Under the pieces are notes generated by a model. That model was not told where the DNA came from, searched no databases, and saw only the letters and a list, made by a program, of their open reading frames with translations. From contig CAVQVZ010000009.1 of the NCBI GenBank assembly GCA_963717335.1, forward strand, positions 7,063 through 71,062: 64,000 nt of DNA. The letters run 5' to 3'. Below, in pieces: positions 1 through 10,053 of this stretch (position 1 is its first letter; every line of letters begins with the position of its first letter). A program made the translations under genes and the position numbers. This stretch comes from an uncultured Gammaproteobacteria bacterium (GTDB taxonomy: Bacteria; Pseudomonadota; Gammaproteobacteria; Steroidobacterales; Steroidobacteraceae).

Positions 1-385
1 CTGTGGGCGGCGGCGGGCTTCGCGCCCGAGCGCTACGACGACGCCAGGCCTTCGCGCTGGAACTGCGCTACGCCGCGCGCCTCGACGGCGCGGCGATCGC
101 CGAGCGCTCGCTGCGCGAGATGCGGCGCGCCGGCCGCTGTCGACGACGCGCAGGCGCGCGCTGGCAGTCCGCCATGACGCGGGCCTTTCCCGACGTGCTC
201 GCCGGCGACCGCCTGACCGGCGTGCACCAGGCGACGGCACGACGCGCTTCTTCCACAACGGCGCGGCCCGACGGCCAGCGTGAGCGACCCGGCGTTCGCG
301 CGGCGCTTCTTCGGCATCTGGCTGGCGCCGACAACCTCGGAGCCGGCGCTGCGCGCCGGCTGCTCGGGCAGGCGCCTGACCATCG
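1..385 (+). pseudogene. chalcone-isomerase-like family protein, 3' fragment with broken frame
   Basis: ...FPDVLAGDRLTGVHQ (frame of ORF 3..941) continues as ...SDPAFARRFFGIWLAPTTSEPALRAG (frame of ORF 280..1404). Family assigned from memory of this motif. Confidence 0.35.
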
Positions 386-397
386 CCATGCCGCACC

Positions 398-1696
398 GTG
401 TCGCGCGCCGCCGTCGCGGCACCCGCCTTCGGCACGTGGGCGGGCCTGCGCTACGGCGCGCTCGGCCTGCCGCTCGCCTTCGTCGCGCTGCCGCTGTACG
501 TGCGTGCTGCCGAACCACTACGCCGCGCGCACGGCGTGCCGCTGGCGACGCTGGGCGTGGTGCTGCTGGCGACGCGCGTCGCTCGACGCCGTGCTCGACC
601 CGTTCATCGGGCGCGCGGCCGACGCGCTGTTCGCCCGTTCGCAGCGCGCCGCGCTGGCGGCTCGCTGCGGTTGCGGCGCGTGCTGCTGGCCGTGGGCTTC
701 GCCGCGCTGTTCCTCCCGCCGGTCGACGGCCGAGGCGCTGCTGGCCTGGCTGGCCGGCGGGCCTGCTGTCGTCACCTACCGTCGCCTTCAGCGTGCTGAC
801 CGTCGTGCACCAGGCCTGGGGCGCGCGGCTGGGCGGCGACGCGACGCAGCGCGCGCGGGTCGTCGCCTGGCGCGAAGGCTGCGGCCTCGTCGGGCGTGCT
901 GGCGGCCAGCGTGCTGCCGCTCTGCGTCGGCGTCGGCGTGACCAGCGTGGCACTGGCGGTCACGCTGGCCGTGCGGCGTCGCGCTTGCTAGGCCGCGCCA
1001 GCGCCGCGCACCGCCGCACCAGCCGCGCGCGCCTGCGGCGCGCGGCACTGGGCCTGCCCTGGCGCAGCACGCGCTTCCGCCGGCTGCTGGCCGTGTTCAT
1101 GCTGAACGGCATCGCCAGCGCGGTGCCGGCCACGCTGGTGCTGTTCTTCGTGCGCGACCGCCTGCAAGCGCCGCGAACGCGCGAGGCGCTGTTTCTCGGC
1201 GCGTACTTCGCGGCGCGCCGTGCTGTCGGTGCCGCTGTGGGTGCGCGCCGTGCGGCCGCATGGGGCCTGGCGCCGCGCCTGGCTCGCCGGCATGGGCCTG
1301 GCGGTGCTGGCGTTCGCTGGGCGCCTGGCTGCTCGGCGCCGGCGACGCGGCCGGCTTCGTCGCGGTGTGCCTCGCCAGCGGCGTGGCGCTGGGCGCCGAC
1401 CTGACGCCTGCCCGGCGCCCTGCTCACCGGCGTCATCCAGCGCGCCGGCCACGGCGCGGCAGGCCGAAGGGGTGTACGTCGGCTGGTGGAACTTCGGCCA
1501 CCAAGCTCAATCTGGCGCTGGCCGCCGGCCTGGCGCTTGCCGCTGCTGGCGCTGGCGGGCTACGCGCCGGGCCAGCGCGACGCCGCAGGCCTTGCAGGCG
1601 CTGGCGCTCGGCCTACGTCGCCGTGCCCTGCGTGCTGAAGCTCGCCGCCGCGGCGCTGCTCTGGCGCGGCTGGATCACGACAGAGGAGACGAATGA
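398..1696 (+). pseudogene. MFS-type transporter, frame broken several times
   Basis: Hydrophobic MFS-like segments are spread over all three plus frames: GLRYGALGLPLAFVALPLYV in 398..799; LVLFFVRDRLQAP and FLGAYFAA in 280..1404; FVAVCLASGVALGADL, YVGWWNF, KLNLALAAGLAL and VPCVLKLAAAALLWRGW in the 1220/1260 frames. TGA 1694-1696 overlaps the next ATG. Confidence 0.5.
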
Positions 1697-2256
1697 ACCC
1701 GACGACATCGAATGCGCCACGGCGCCTCGCCGCGGCGTGCCGCGGTCGCCGCTGCCGCTGGTCGCCTGCGCCGGCGCCGTGCAGCCGGACGCCGACCATG
1801 CCGCCGAACGCCGGTGCTTCGACTTCAAGCAGTACTTCGACGGCACGCGTGCTCGGCCACGGCATCGTCACCGACCGCGGCGGCAAGGTGCTGCGCCGCT
1901 TCGTCGTCACGATGCGTTGCAGCTGGATCGGCGACACGGGCACGCTGGACGAGGACGTTCAGTCTACGACGACGGCGAACGGCAGCAACGCGTCTGGCGC
2001 GTTCGCAGCGCCGCCCGACGGCAGCTACACGGCCCGCGCCGACGACGTGGTCGGCGAGGCCGTGGGGCCCGGCGCCGGGCTCGCGCCTTCAACTGGCGCT
2101 ACACGCTGAAGCTGCCGGTGCGACGGCGCGTCTACGAGGTGCAGTTCGACGACTGGATGTACCTGCATCGACGAGCGCATCGTGATCAACAAGGCGGTCA
2201 TGAGCAAGTTCGGCGTCCGCGTCGGCGACGTCACCTTGTCGTTCAGCAGGCCCTGA
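1693..2256 (+). pseudogene. DUF3833-type lipoprotein, frame broken
   Basis: GGAG lies 5 nt before ATG 1693. The pieces PLVACAGAV/FDFKQYFDGTRA, GHGIVTDRGGKVLRRFVVTMRCSWIGDTGTLDED, FNWRYTLKLPV..VYEVQFDDWMYL and IDERIVINKAVMSKFGVRVGDVTLSFSRP-stop lie in different frames. Confidence 0.5.
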
Positions 2257-2264
2257 GCGATGCG

Positions 2265-2825
2265 ATGGCGCTGAACCCCGCGATCGCGGACTGGCACGAC
2301 CGCGTCGTGTGGATCGTCGGCGCCTCGTCGGGCATCGGCCGCGCGACGGCGTCGCAATTGCATGCGCCGGGCGCGATGGTCGTGGTGTCGGCGCGCAATG
2401 CCGCCGCGCTGGACGCCTTCGTGGCCGACCACCCGGGCAGCCATGCGCACTGCCGCTGGACGTCGAGCGACCGCGCCGGCGCTGGCAGCCGGCTCGCGGC
2501 AGGTGCTGGCGCTGCGCGCGGCGCGCTCGACCTGGCGCTGTACTGCGCCGGCCACTACCGCGCGATGCGCGCGACCGAGTTCGACCTCGGCGAGATGCAG
2601 CTGCACTGCAGGTGAACTACGTCGGCGCACTGCACCTGCTCGACGCGCGTGCTGCCGGTGATGATGCGCGCAGCGGCACGGCCACGTCAGCCTGGTGGCC
2701 AGCGTGGCGGGCTACCGCGGCCTGCCGCACGCCATGGCCTACGGGCCGACGAAGGCGGCGCTGCAGTACCTCGCCGAGACGCTCTATCTCGATCTGCGAT
2801 CGCGCCGGGCATCGGCGTGTCGCCG
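2265..2825 (+). pseudogene. short-chain dehydrogenase/reductase, frame broken and 3'-truncated
   Basis: MALNPAIADWHDRVVWIVGASSGIGRATA (Rossmann GxxxGIG), VNYVGALHLL and [40 protein letters not shown] (YxxxK) lie in shifting frames. Similarity ends at about 2825, where base composition changes; the usual SDR C-terminus is missing. Confidence 0.6.
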
Positions 2826-2922
2826 CAGCGATAGACATATCGGGCGCAGCACAGGGTCTGCGCTCGCCACGAACTCGTTGAAGTCATTTTGCGGGGCTGC
2901 CGAATGGCGGGGACTCACGATT

Positions 2923-3342
2923 TCATGTGCCCGCTCGGGCATAGAGCACCAGTTGGGTGCAGCGAAAGAGAGCAATGGTTTTCCCCGATTCCCGGTGTGT
3001 GACGACGGCATCCCAAACTTGGGTCGTCCTGCCAAGGTGCGCGGCCTTCGCGACACACTCGATGGTTCCATCCACCGCCGTTCCCAGGTGGTTGGACTTG
3101 AGTTCGATGGTAGTAAACCCCACGGCGCCCGCTGGCAGATTGGCCGTGCAGCCGTACCCCGCCGCGGTATCGGCGAGGCTAACGACCGTGCCCGCATGCA
3201 GGTAGCCATTGGGGGCCATGTGGGACTCTCGCACCACCAGTTCCGAGCTGACTTGCCCGCCTGCGACCTTGGTGATCACGATGCCGAGGTGGCCCGGCAG
3301 GTTTCGCGCGCCAAACTCATTGAGTTGCTCTGGAGTACGCAT
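2923..3342 (-). CDS. PaaI/hotdog-fold thioesterase
   Basis: 139-aa ORF with ...[17 protein letters not shown]...[12 protein letters not shown]... typical of PaaI-type thioesterases. Confidence 0.8.
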   Translation of the reverse strand: MRTPEQLNEFGARNLPGHLGIVITKVAGGQVSSELVVRESHMAPNGYLHAGTVVSLADTAAGYGCTANLPAGAVGFTTIELKSNHLGTAVDGTIECVAKAAHLGRTTQVWDAVVTHRESGKTIALFRCTQLVLYARAGT

Positions 3343-3363
3343 TTGAATATCCCTGGACGCCCG

Positions 3364-3385
3364 GCCCGGGCCGAGTGGCCCGGGC
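3364..3385 (-). terminator. GC-rich hairpin (gcccgggc N6 gcccgggc) downstream of ORF 3408..3827, no U-tract
   Basis: 8-bp perfect stem read directly. It lacks a T-run, so terminator function is uncertain. Confidence 0.25.
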
Positions 3386-3407
3386 TCAGCGTCAGACCGC
3401 CACCCGT

Positions 3408-3827
3408 TTATACCTGCGAGGCCGTTGACCTTTTCGGGGTGAACTTCATAACCATGAATATCATCAGCAGCATGCCTAAAAGTACACCGAACGAAGCCAC
3501 TCCAAGGACGGGCTCAATCTTCGTTCCATCGACGAAATTTCCGTAGAGCAGGAACAAGCCTACTGAAATCGTGACGGCGGATGCCTGATGCAGCACGAAC
3601 TGGAAATTGGCGACCGCGCGGTTCGGCTGAGCAAGCCAAAGCTTGTGGATGATCCCGTAAATGAACGAGAGCACGAATCCGATCAAGAGAATATGCGCGT
3701 GAGCGACAAGTTCGGAATGGTTTTGCGTGGCCGCCATGAATATTCCCAAGAGCAGCCCTACGGCGGCGAAACAAAGTGACCAAACGAGATATCTTTTATC
3801 GAGATTCATTTTCCCCCCAGAGAACAA
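3408..3827 (-). CDS. small integral membrane protein, unknown function
   Basis: 139-aa ORF with about four hydrophobic helices. No family recognised. Confidence 0.55.
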   Translation of the reverse strand: MFSGGKMNLDKRYLVWSLCFAAVGLLLGIFMAATQNHSELVAHAHILLIGFVLSFIYGIIHKLWLAQPNRAVANFQFVLHQASAVTISVGLFLLYGNFVDGTKIEPVLGVASFGVLLGMLLMIFMVMKFTPKRSTASQV

Positions 3828-4091
3828 ACATCACCACTAAGTCATCTCACCAGATTCTGGCGCTTGGAAACATAACACGGAATTCGAACACCGTCCCCGT
3901 TCGACTTCGAATGAGATACGCCGCCAGTAACAGCCTCCTTTGTAACTCAGGGTCGTGGTGCAATTGGTCAGTTGTAGTAAGGTTGCCCTTGGAACGTTCT
4001 TTCCGGCGCGGGAAGAGGCCATCCCAACGCGCTCTCGCGGGGATCATCTGCGCGGGGCAGGACTCTGCGAACGTTGCGTCGCCTTCAGCCC

Positions 4092-4556
4092 TCAGAGCTC
4101 ATGGACATATACGATGTAGCCGAGATGTTTTGCCATCTTGTCATACAGGGCGCGGCCCGCCGCATTGGTGGTATGGGTGGTCCAGTAGACCCTGCTGCTG
4201 CCTGCCTCCCGGGCGGCTTCGAATACCGCCTCGATCATCTGGCGGCCCGCGCCTCTGCCGCGAAGTGACTCTTGCGTATACAGATCCTGCAGATAGCAAA
4301 CATCGCGCAGGCGAGTTGTGCTGCGGTGGAATAAATAGTGAGCGAGACCCACCAGTTCCCCTCGGTCTACCGCGACAAAGGCGTGGACTGGCTCAGTGGC
4401 GCTGAAGAACCGCTCCCACGTCGCGGCAGTAATGGGCTCTGGTAGCGCGGTATCTCCCGAGCGACCGTAGAATTTGTTATACCCATCCCACAGCGGACGC
4501 CATCGGTCGTAATCTTCCGGGCGAATGGGACGAATAGCAAAATGCTCATTGTTCAT
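4092..4556 (-). CDS. GNAT family N-acetyltransferase
   Basis: 154-aa ORF with acetyl-CoA binding motif ...LQDLYTQESLRGRGAGRQMIEAVFEAAREAG... Confidence 0.85.
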   Translation of the reverse strand: MNNEHFAIRPIRPEDYDRWRPLWDGYNKFYGRSGDTALPEPITAATWERFFSATEPVHAFVAVDRGELVGLAHYLFHRSTTRLRDVCYLQDLYTQESLRGRGAGRQMIEAVFEAAREAGSSRVYWTTHTTNAAGRALYDKMAKHLGYIVYVHEL

Positions 4557-4689
4557 GGGGCCTCAGACGCGGGAACAGCCTCAGGTTATGGCAAGGCGTC
4601 ACAAGTCCGTCACTGCCCGCCCGCGGATCGCGCAACACGCACAGCGTGGCCTTCCTGGTCTCGCTTCAACGAACGCGGATGTTACTGCC

Positions 4690-5136
4690 TTATCCTTGGA
4701 TATCCGGTTCCACGAGCTTGGCCAGCTGCAGAAGCGATTCCTGCCACCCCAGGTAACACATCTCGACCGGGATGACTTCCGGCACTCCCTCCTGGACGAT
4801 ATTTAGCTCGGTGCCACACGACACCGGCTTAAGAGAGACGCTGACCCTCATTTCTCCAGGCATATTTGGATCGTCGAACCGATCCGTGTAGCGAATAAGC
4901 GTGTGGGGAACCAGCTCCTCGTACTCCCCGCCGAAGGAGTGCCCCTGGCCGTTTCCAAAATTCGCGAAAGACATCTTGAAAGTCCCCCCGACCCGTGCAT
5001 CCATGTGATGCACCTTGCAGCTAAAACCGTACGGCGGTAGCCACTTGGCCATCGCGTCGGCTTCGAGGAAAGCGCGATAAACGCGCTCTGGTTTCGCGCG
5101 CAATACGCGGTGAAGGCGGACGGTTCCTGTGGGCAT
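4690..5136 (-). CDS. SRPBCC (AHSA1/Aha1-like START fold) protein
   Basis: 148-aa ORF; ...RVYRAFLEADAMAKWLPP...GGTFKMSF... pattern. Confidence 0.8.
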   Translation of the reverse strand: MPTGTVRLHRVLRAKPERVYRAFLEADAMAKWLPPYGFSCKVHHMDARVGGTFKMSFANFGNGQGHSFGGEYEELVPHTLIRYTDRFDDPNMPGEMRVSVSLKPVSCGTELNIVQEGVPEVIPVEMCYLGWQESLLQLAKLVEPDIQG

Positions 5137-5149
5137 GGTGAAAAACTCC

Positions 5150-5539
5150 TTAAAGTTGCGCGTCCCGATGCTCTTGGCGGAAAGCCTTCTGAGCCCTATC
5201 GAGGTGCCTGATGAGCACGTGCGAGATTACGTCGATCCCGATGCCTGCGAACAATGCCGGCAACAGGTAGAACCCAATAGTCACTTCGGAATTGAAAACC
5301 GCATCATCCAGCAGCGAGGGACTCAGCTTCGACATGGCCTCCAGTCGCTGCAGCAAGAACACGTCCACGCCCGAAACCGCCACCAGGGTGAGCCCGAGTA
5401 TGAGGATAGTGCCGCGCGAAACCGCGCGTTTGAAAAGCAAAGCGATGTAAATGGCGGTCGGGAAGACCACCGAGCAAGCCACCAGCAACCAAAAATAAAG
5501 CTCCGCAAATACAGAGGATTTCATGCCATTTAACGCCAT
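5150..5539 (-). CDS. membrane protein, unknown function
   Basis: 129-aa hydrophobic ORF ending 13 nt upstream of the SRPBCC start, so probably co-transcribed. Confidence 0.5.
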   Translation of the reverse strand: MALNGMKSSVFAELYFWLLVACSVVFPTAIYIALLFKRAVSRGTILILGLTLVAVSGVDVFLLQRLEAMSKLSPSLLDDAVFNSEVTIGFYLLPALFAGIGIDVISHVLIRHLDRAQKAFRQEHRDAQL

Positions 5540-5590
5540 GGGTAGCCGAACGGTGAGGATCGGTACCTGTTATGTGAGCAAACTGGTAGC

Positions 5591-5869
5591 TCAACGCCCG
5601 CGATGCTTAAGCAATCCCGGCATCAGTCCAAGTTGGCGAAGGTCCGCCAAATTGTCCCAGTTCTCGGATGCTTCCGTAATGCGCCCATTCTCCACTCGGT
5701 AAAGCGCAATGTACACAGAGCGACCTTTTTGGGCAGCTCTGACGGCCAACACAGACGAGTGTCCGTAAAAAGACGACGCGCCCCTACCACTGCGTACATA
5801 GAGCCTGAGTAACGAAAAAGAGCGAGCCACGGGCACGGGGCCTGTCGGATAATAATTGGATCCCTTCAA
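5591..5869 (-). CDS. possible SnoaL-like (ester cyclase type) remnant
   Basis: The C-terminal ...IALYRVENGRITEASENWDNLADLRQLG resembles SnoaL-like cyclases. The N-terminal half does not, and the ORF is shorter than typical. Confidence 0.3.
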   Translation of the reverse strand: MKGSNYYPTGPVPVARSFSLLRLYVRSGRGASSFYGHSSVLAVRAAQKGRSVYIALYRVENGRITEASENWDNLADLRQLGLMPGLLKHRGR

Positions 5870-5890
5870 TTACTATGATCCCCGACAACT

Positions 5891-6391
5891 ATGGAAAGTT
5901 ACCTTGCCGAGCTGCTGGAGTGGTATTGCGGTGAAATAGGGGGTGAGGCCTTCTTCTCGGCCCTAGCGAGAGGGGCCCGCGAGCAAGGCCCCGCCGCTAA
6001 GTGGGAAAAGCTTGCGCAACTTGAGATTCTTGTCGGACATCGGCTTCTCACGGAACTGGTGGCACGCAAAGTCCCGCTTCCTTCGACTGAGGCTGACCTA
6101 CAGCGCGGACTGAACTCGGCGCAATGCTACGCGGGTCTGACGTGGCGCCAGATGCTCGAAAAGCTACGGCCAGAGTTGGCCGGCTATGTTCGGAGCTTCG
6201 AGGCCGCCGAGTCCAGGATGCCCGAGGAACTGATGGCGCTTGCGCGATTCGTCACGGACCACGAGCGTGCATTGCTCGAATTCGTGACTCGTGAGCTGGA
6301 TCAGAACGGTCACCGCTCTCTCGATTTTGTGCGTGCGATGCTCGGGGAAGCTCAGGGCGGGAGAGCCGACGGCGTGCGGATACACGATTGA
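5891..6391 (+). CDS. hypothetical helical protein
   Basis: 166-aa ORF and the only plus-strand gene in the accessory tract. No family recognised. Confidence 0.5.
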   Translation: MESYLAELLEWYCGEIGGEAFFSALARGAREQGPAAKWEKLAQLEILVGHRLLTELVARKVPLPSTEADLQRGLNSAQCYAGLTWRQMLEKLRPELAGYVRSFEAAESRMPEELMALARFVTDHERALLEFVTRELDQNGHRSLDFVRAMLGEAQGGRADGVRIHD

Positions 6392-6484
6392 AGGCCATAC
6401 ACGTGGCCCTGCTCGTCTTCAGACACGAACAACGTCAGGTGGGCTGCGGACGACGCCTAGGCCGCTGCCGCACTCCGATGCCCT

Positions 6485-6955
6485 TCAGGGCTTCTCACCC
6501 TGGTAATAATCGACCGAGTCTTCCGTGCGAAACAGCATTCTGAGGCCCGCCGGACCCCGATTGCGTACGGAAGCGAGAACCTTCTGAGAGTCCGGGTACT
6601 CGCAGATCTCCAAATCCGCCTTTGTGGATAGGGACAGGTACCGCATGGTCGTCTTGCCCGTGTTGAGAATCTGGTGGGCAACGTCGGCGCCGCCCGTGGG
6701 GCAGGCGATAATGTCGTACTGCCTGATCGGGTATCGTTTTTCACCGAAGCGCAGCTCGCCTTCGCCCTCGAGGATAAAAAACATTTCTTCCTCGGCGTGA
6801 TGGTTATGGAATGGGCACTGCACCTTGCCGGGCGGGAGAACCGTCAGGTTGTAACCGAGTTTCTTCGCGCCGATATGGTTGCTGATCTGCCCACGACTGG
6901 AGGTGTAGCGTCCATTTTCCTCCACGTCGTCGAACTCGACTTCATCGAGATTCAT
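6485..6955 (-). CDS. cupin domain protein
   Basis: ORF 6485..7069 trimmed to MNLDEVEF (cat 6953-6955). Cupin motif ...PFHNHHAEEEMFFILEGEGELRFG... Confidence 0.8.
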   Translation of the reverse strand: MNLDEVEFDDVEENGRYTSSRGQISNHIGAKKLGYNLTVLPPGKVQCPFHNHHAEEEMFFILEGEGELRFGEKRYPIRQYDIIACPTGGADVAHQILNTGKTTMRYLSLSTKADLEICEYPDSQKVLASVRNRGPAGLRMLFRTEDSVDYYQGEKP

Positions 6956-7143
6956 AATAGGTCTAGCCACTCGGTCCTCCCTCACTTCCCTAGCACGTTT
7001 CCTTGTGGACGCCACCGATGCGGCGGCCAACACCAACACTCCAGCTGCACGAAGGCCGGTCGTCCGCACTCACACCAGCTTCGCCCGAACAAGCGCTCCA
7101 GACGCCCGAGGTCTGCCCAATATCCTGATGTCTAAACTAGCCC

Positions 7144-7332
7144 TTACTCCCCGCCCCTGACGAGAACATTACGCGCCAGTGTTTTAAATCGCTCACCGTT
7201 GTCCTGCACGACGGTTATGGTGACATGCCCGGTCTTACTCGTCTTGATGTCCCTGATTTGGCCGGATTTGCCGGCATGCGTACCGCGCACGACCGAGCAG
7301 CGCTCACCATCAGCGACTTCGGGAGTTTCCAT
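7144..7332 (-). CDS. small KOW-motif protein
   Basis: ORF 7144..7407 trimmed to METPEV...; ...GERCSVVRGTHAGKSGQIRDI... resembles a KOW motif. Confidence 0.4.
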   Translation of the reverse strand: METPEVADGERCSVVRGTHAGKSGQIRDIKTSKTGHVTITVVQDNGERFKTLARNVLVRGGE

Positions 7333-7553
7333 GACTTGCACCCTTGTTGCCCTGGTCAAACCGTAACCATCGCCAGCCAGGCGAGTCAACCGATATCCTG
7401 GTGTCAATCGAAGAGGCGTCTACACGAACCATAGAGTCAGCAGAGGACCAAGCAATTCTGCTCAGGAATCGGAGCCTATGCAAAGATTCCACTCTCTGCG
7501 CAATCGCCACCCACCACGCGACCTGTGGCGGATACACCCATTCACTGCAGCGA

Positions 7554-7865
7554 TTATCCGGCAACATCTAAGAAGTGCCCGAGCTCCGTCTCCTCCGAGG
7601 TCAGGCCGTCACAAATCCGATCAAGAACTTCATATTCGGCTGAAAACTGCGAGAGCAATTCGCGGTAATGCTGCTCGCTCTCCCAGTCATCGACCGTTAC
7701 AAAGCGTAGCGGGTCGGCCCGGTCGCGCAGAAGTCGCGTTCCCAGATAACCAGGAGCGCGGCGAAAGAGCTGCGACCACGTGCCTTCGCTTTCGTAGTGC
7801 GCCAGGAATTCTTCAGCCCGGCCGGGCAGGACCCGAAATGCCCAAAGGTAGGTGTATCGGGCCAA
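7554..7865 (-). CDS. antibiotic-biosynthesis-monooxygenase (ABM) fold protein
   Basis: 103-aa ORF of ABM/Dabb size with pattern (...FRVLPGRAEEFLAHY...FVTVDDWESEQHY...). Confidence 0.7.
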   Translation of the reverse strand: MARYTYLWAFRVLPGRAEEFLAHYESEGTWSQLFRRAPGYLGTRLLRDRADPLRFVTVDDWESEQHYRELLSQFSAEYEVLDRICDGLTSEETELGHFLDVAG

Positions 7866-7940
7866 CTTTTACCTCACGAGAAATCCGCAGCGCTGCTGCG
7901 CGGATGCCATCGCAGATTGCCAACGCCGCCGATTGACCGC

Positions 7941-8441
7941 CTAGAGAACTGCATCAGGCACCCCTCGGAGAGTCGCGCGCCCAAGTGAGTTGCTTGCAAG
8001 TGCTTCGGCGATAAATGCTTTCCATACCTCGTTGGGTTCCCACACACTGTTCATGATCTCAAACGCCGGCCCTTCCGCCCAACCTTTCCTCAACACGCGA
8101 TACAGTCCGAGGAATGCCGTGACTCTCATATTGGCCGCACAATGCAACCACACCCTTTTTCCTTGATAGGTATCCATGGCATCCATGAAGGCGCTCAGGT
8201 CGGCCACGGTGGGTCGAGCGAATTGCACCGGGATGTGGATGTAGCGCATTCGCGCCTCCTGCACGTCCGCTGCCTCATCCGGCAACGAGTACCTGGGGTC
8301 ATCGTGCAAGGCAAGATTAATGACAGCCACGTAGCCGAGATCCGCCATGGCGCCAAAGTGTTCACTCCCAGGCTGGCCCGAGGTCGCGAGATCCGGTGAC
8401 GCCTGTCGGAAGTTCTTGATGTTTTGCAATCCATCTTGCAT
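7941..8441 (-). CDS. protein-tyrosine-phosphatase-like (DUF442-type) protein
   Basis: 166-aa ORF with HCX5R P-loop WLHCAANMRVT. Confidence 0.65.
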   Translation of the reverse strand: MQDGLQNIKNFRQASPDLATSGQPGSEHFGAMADLGYVAVINLALHDDPRYSLPDEAADVQEARMRYIHIPVQFARPTVADLSAFMDAMDTYQGKRVWLHCAANMRVTAFLGLYRVLRKGWAEGPAFEIMNSVWEPNEVWKAFIAEALASNSLGRATLRGVPDAVL

Positions 8442-8799
8442 GAGAATTAAACCCCTTTATTCCACGATCTGTCGCGCTCCAGGCGCATCCTCCCATGACA
8501 GGACGCTGAACATGTAAGCGAGACCGAAACTCTTGAGAGGATGCCCCTGCTTAATCGCTGTGACATTCATGGCTCGCAACCACGGCTTGAGAAAAAGTGA
8601 CGGTGGATACCAGGGTCCGCGATCATGAACGTCGCAAGAGCGGCGGCCAGTCCAAGATCCAGTTGATATTGGAATTCATGTCTTTCCTTTTTGTCCAACT
8701 ACGCTCTTAAGCGGTCATCCCAGCGGCGTTGCTGCCTCGCGCAGAGGAAAGGGCCAGATCTTGGGCAGACCGGCTTTGCCATACTCATTAAGCACCTCG

Positions 8800-9216
8800 T
8801 CAAGCCCGGTCATCCACCCACGCAAGCGATGCGATTCGCCAGCCGCAGTCCAACTCCACAAGTTGAAAGCATTTTGTTCCTGAGCCGGAGTAATTCCCAG
8901 CACCGAGCAAGCCCGATTTCCGGTAGCGAGACGTTCGCGTCGCTATCCCATCGAATATTTGAGTTGCCGAGCTCACTTCCCATTCGTGAAAATTTCGTAA
9001 CTCGCCTTTTGTCAGCAATTCGATCCGGGGTGCCGCGAATTCCGCCACGGTGTACAGCGCAACTCCTGTATCGGAACTCTGGGCTATCGTGGCTTTGTCC
9101 GTGAAGCAGTCCGTCAAACTGGCCAAGCGCGGAATTGCGCCATTTCGATTGTCAAAGGCGGCGAAGAAACGGCTGATCAGAAGGTCTATGGTTTCTTGCT
9201 TTCGGGTTTCGTCCAT
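8800..9216 (-). CDS. NTF2-like/DUF4440-type protein
   Basis: ORF 8800..9234 trimmed to MDETRKQ...; ...LISRFFAAFDNRNG...W.IASLAW... pattern. The start lies 7 nt after a decayed R' box. Confidence 0.55.
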   Translation of the reverse strand: MDETRKQETIDLLISRFFAAFDNRNGAIPRLASLTDCFTDKATIAQSSDTGVALYTVAEFAAPRIELLTKGELRNFHEWEVSSATQIFDGIATRTSRYRKSGLLGAGNYSGSGTKCFQLVELDCGWRIASLAWVDDRA

Positions 9217-9222
9217 GCAACA

Positions 9223-9292
9223 CCTAACGCGCATCTGCTGTGATTATTTTGGGCTCTGGATCCAACGCCCTAAGCGCTCGCTTCTGTTACCG
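9223..9292 (-). repeat. decayed attC remnant
   Basis: The plus strand reads cctaacgcgcat...gcgctcgcttctgttacc, against family-1 cctaacgctccgcat...gcgctcgatgcggttgttagg. It sits 3' of ORF 9316..9924 and just 5' of the next start codon. Confidence 0.45.
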
Positions 9293-9315
9293 GCCTAGTT
9301 GTGCGCCCCACGTGT

Positions 9316-9924
9316 TTACGAGGCCGAGCGGTCTTTAAGTTTTCGCCCAGTCGATTTCAGCCACGGTACTAACGCTGGCGCGCGCTGCCTGTAGGATTTG
9401 TATCGTGTTCCGAACCGCTCTTCCATCCAGCGCTCCTCAACCTGAAGCTTGCGCCATAGGGCGACCCAGGCAATAAGGACGCCGAACAGACCTCGCCATT
9501 GTCCTCGAGCCAGTGCTGAGCCTATCAGCGCTAACAGCAATCCGGTGTAGATGGGGTGGCGGACGATCGCATAGGGACCGGTGTCAATCAATTCATGGTC
9601 ATGCTTGATGGTGACTGTGCCGCTCCAGTTTCGTCCAAGGTAAACGCGCGCCCAGACCGCGATTGCCAGGCCCGTCGCAGTAATGAGCACCCCGGTCGCA
9701 AATGTCCAGGGTGACCAGGCAAATATTCGCTCGTTAAGAAAGTAACCCGGGACACGATCGGCCCACAGCAACCACCCAGCGACCGTCAAAGGAAGTATAT
9801 GCAAAAGGCGCGATCGCCAAGGCTCGCGGCGTTCAGTCTGCTTCGTGCCCGCCGCGGAAATTAACCAAAAGAGAGCCCAGGCCGCCCACATGGCGGTGAA
9901 AAGGTATCGGTAGAGGAGAGACAT
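9316..9924 (-). CDS. isoprenylcysteine carboxyl / phospholipid methyltransferase family membrane protein
   Basis: 202-aa multi-TM ORF with ...VRHPIYTGLLLALIGSAL... motif. Confidence 0.7.
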   Translation of the reverse strand: MSLLYRYLFTAMWAAWALFWLISAAGTKQTERREPWRSRLLHILPLTVAGWLLWADRVPGYFLNERIFAWSPWTFATGVLITATGLAIAVWARVYLGRNWSGTVTIKHDHELIDTGPYAIVRHPIYTGLLLALIGSALARGQWRGLFGVLIAWVALWRKLQVEERWMEERFGTRYKSYRQRAPALVPWLKSTGRKLKDRSAS

Positions 9925-10053
9925 GTATAAGTACCCCGCGGCCGCAGCAAAGCAATGTACCTATGTGCGCTGCTTCCAATCCGTTGGCTCCCGAAGTTTT
10001 CGCCAACGCGCTGATAACTTGACGACCCCATTCATTCGGTGACGGGGGAGCGA

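Noticed and set aside
33-2887. Numerous overlapping 60-450-aa ORFs on both strands in the first 2.9 kb.
   Set aside because: They are high-GC shadow frames and fragments of four frame-broken plus-strand genes. Only the motif-bearing pieces were used.
7883-7905. Hairpin atccgcagc...gctgcgcggat as a terminator after ORF 7941..8441.
   Set aside because: The stem is imperfect (2-nt bulge) and has no following U-tract on the transcribed strand.
8442-8800. Possible small genes between the phosphatase-like and NTF2-like ORFs, for example a 38-aa MNVTAIKQGHPLKSFGLAYMF... ORF and a hydrophobic fragment ...LGLAAALATFMIADPG...
   Set aside because: There are only short, frame-interrupted fragments with no recognisable family. 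They are likely debris of a decayed cassette and are not supportable as features.
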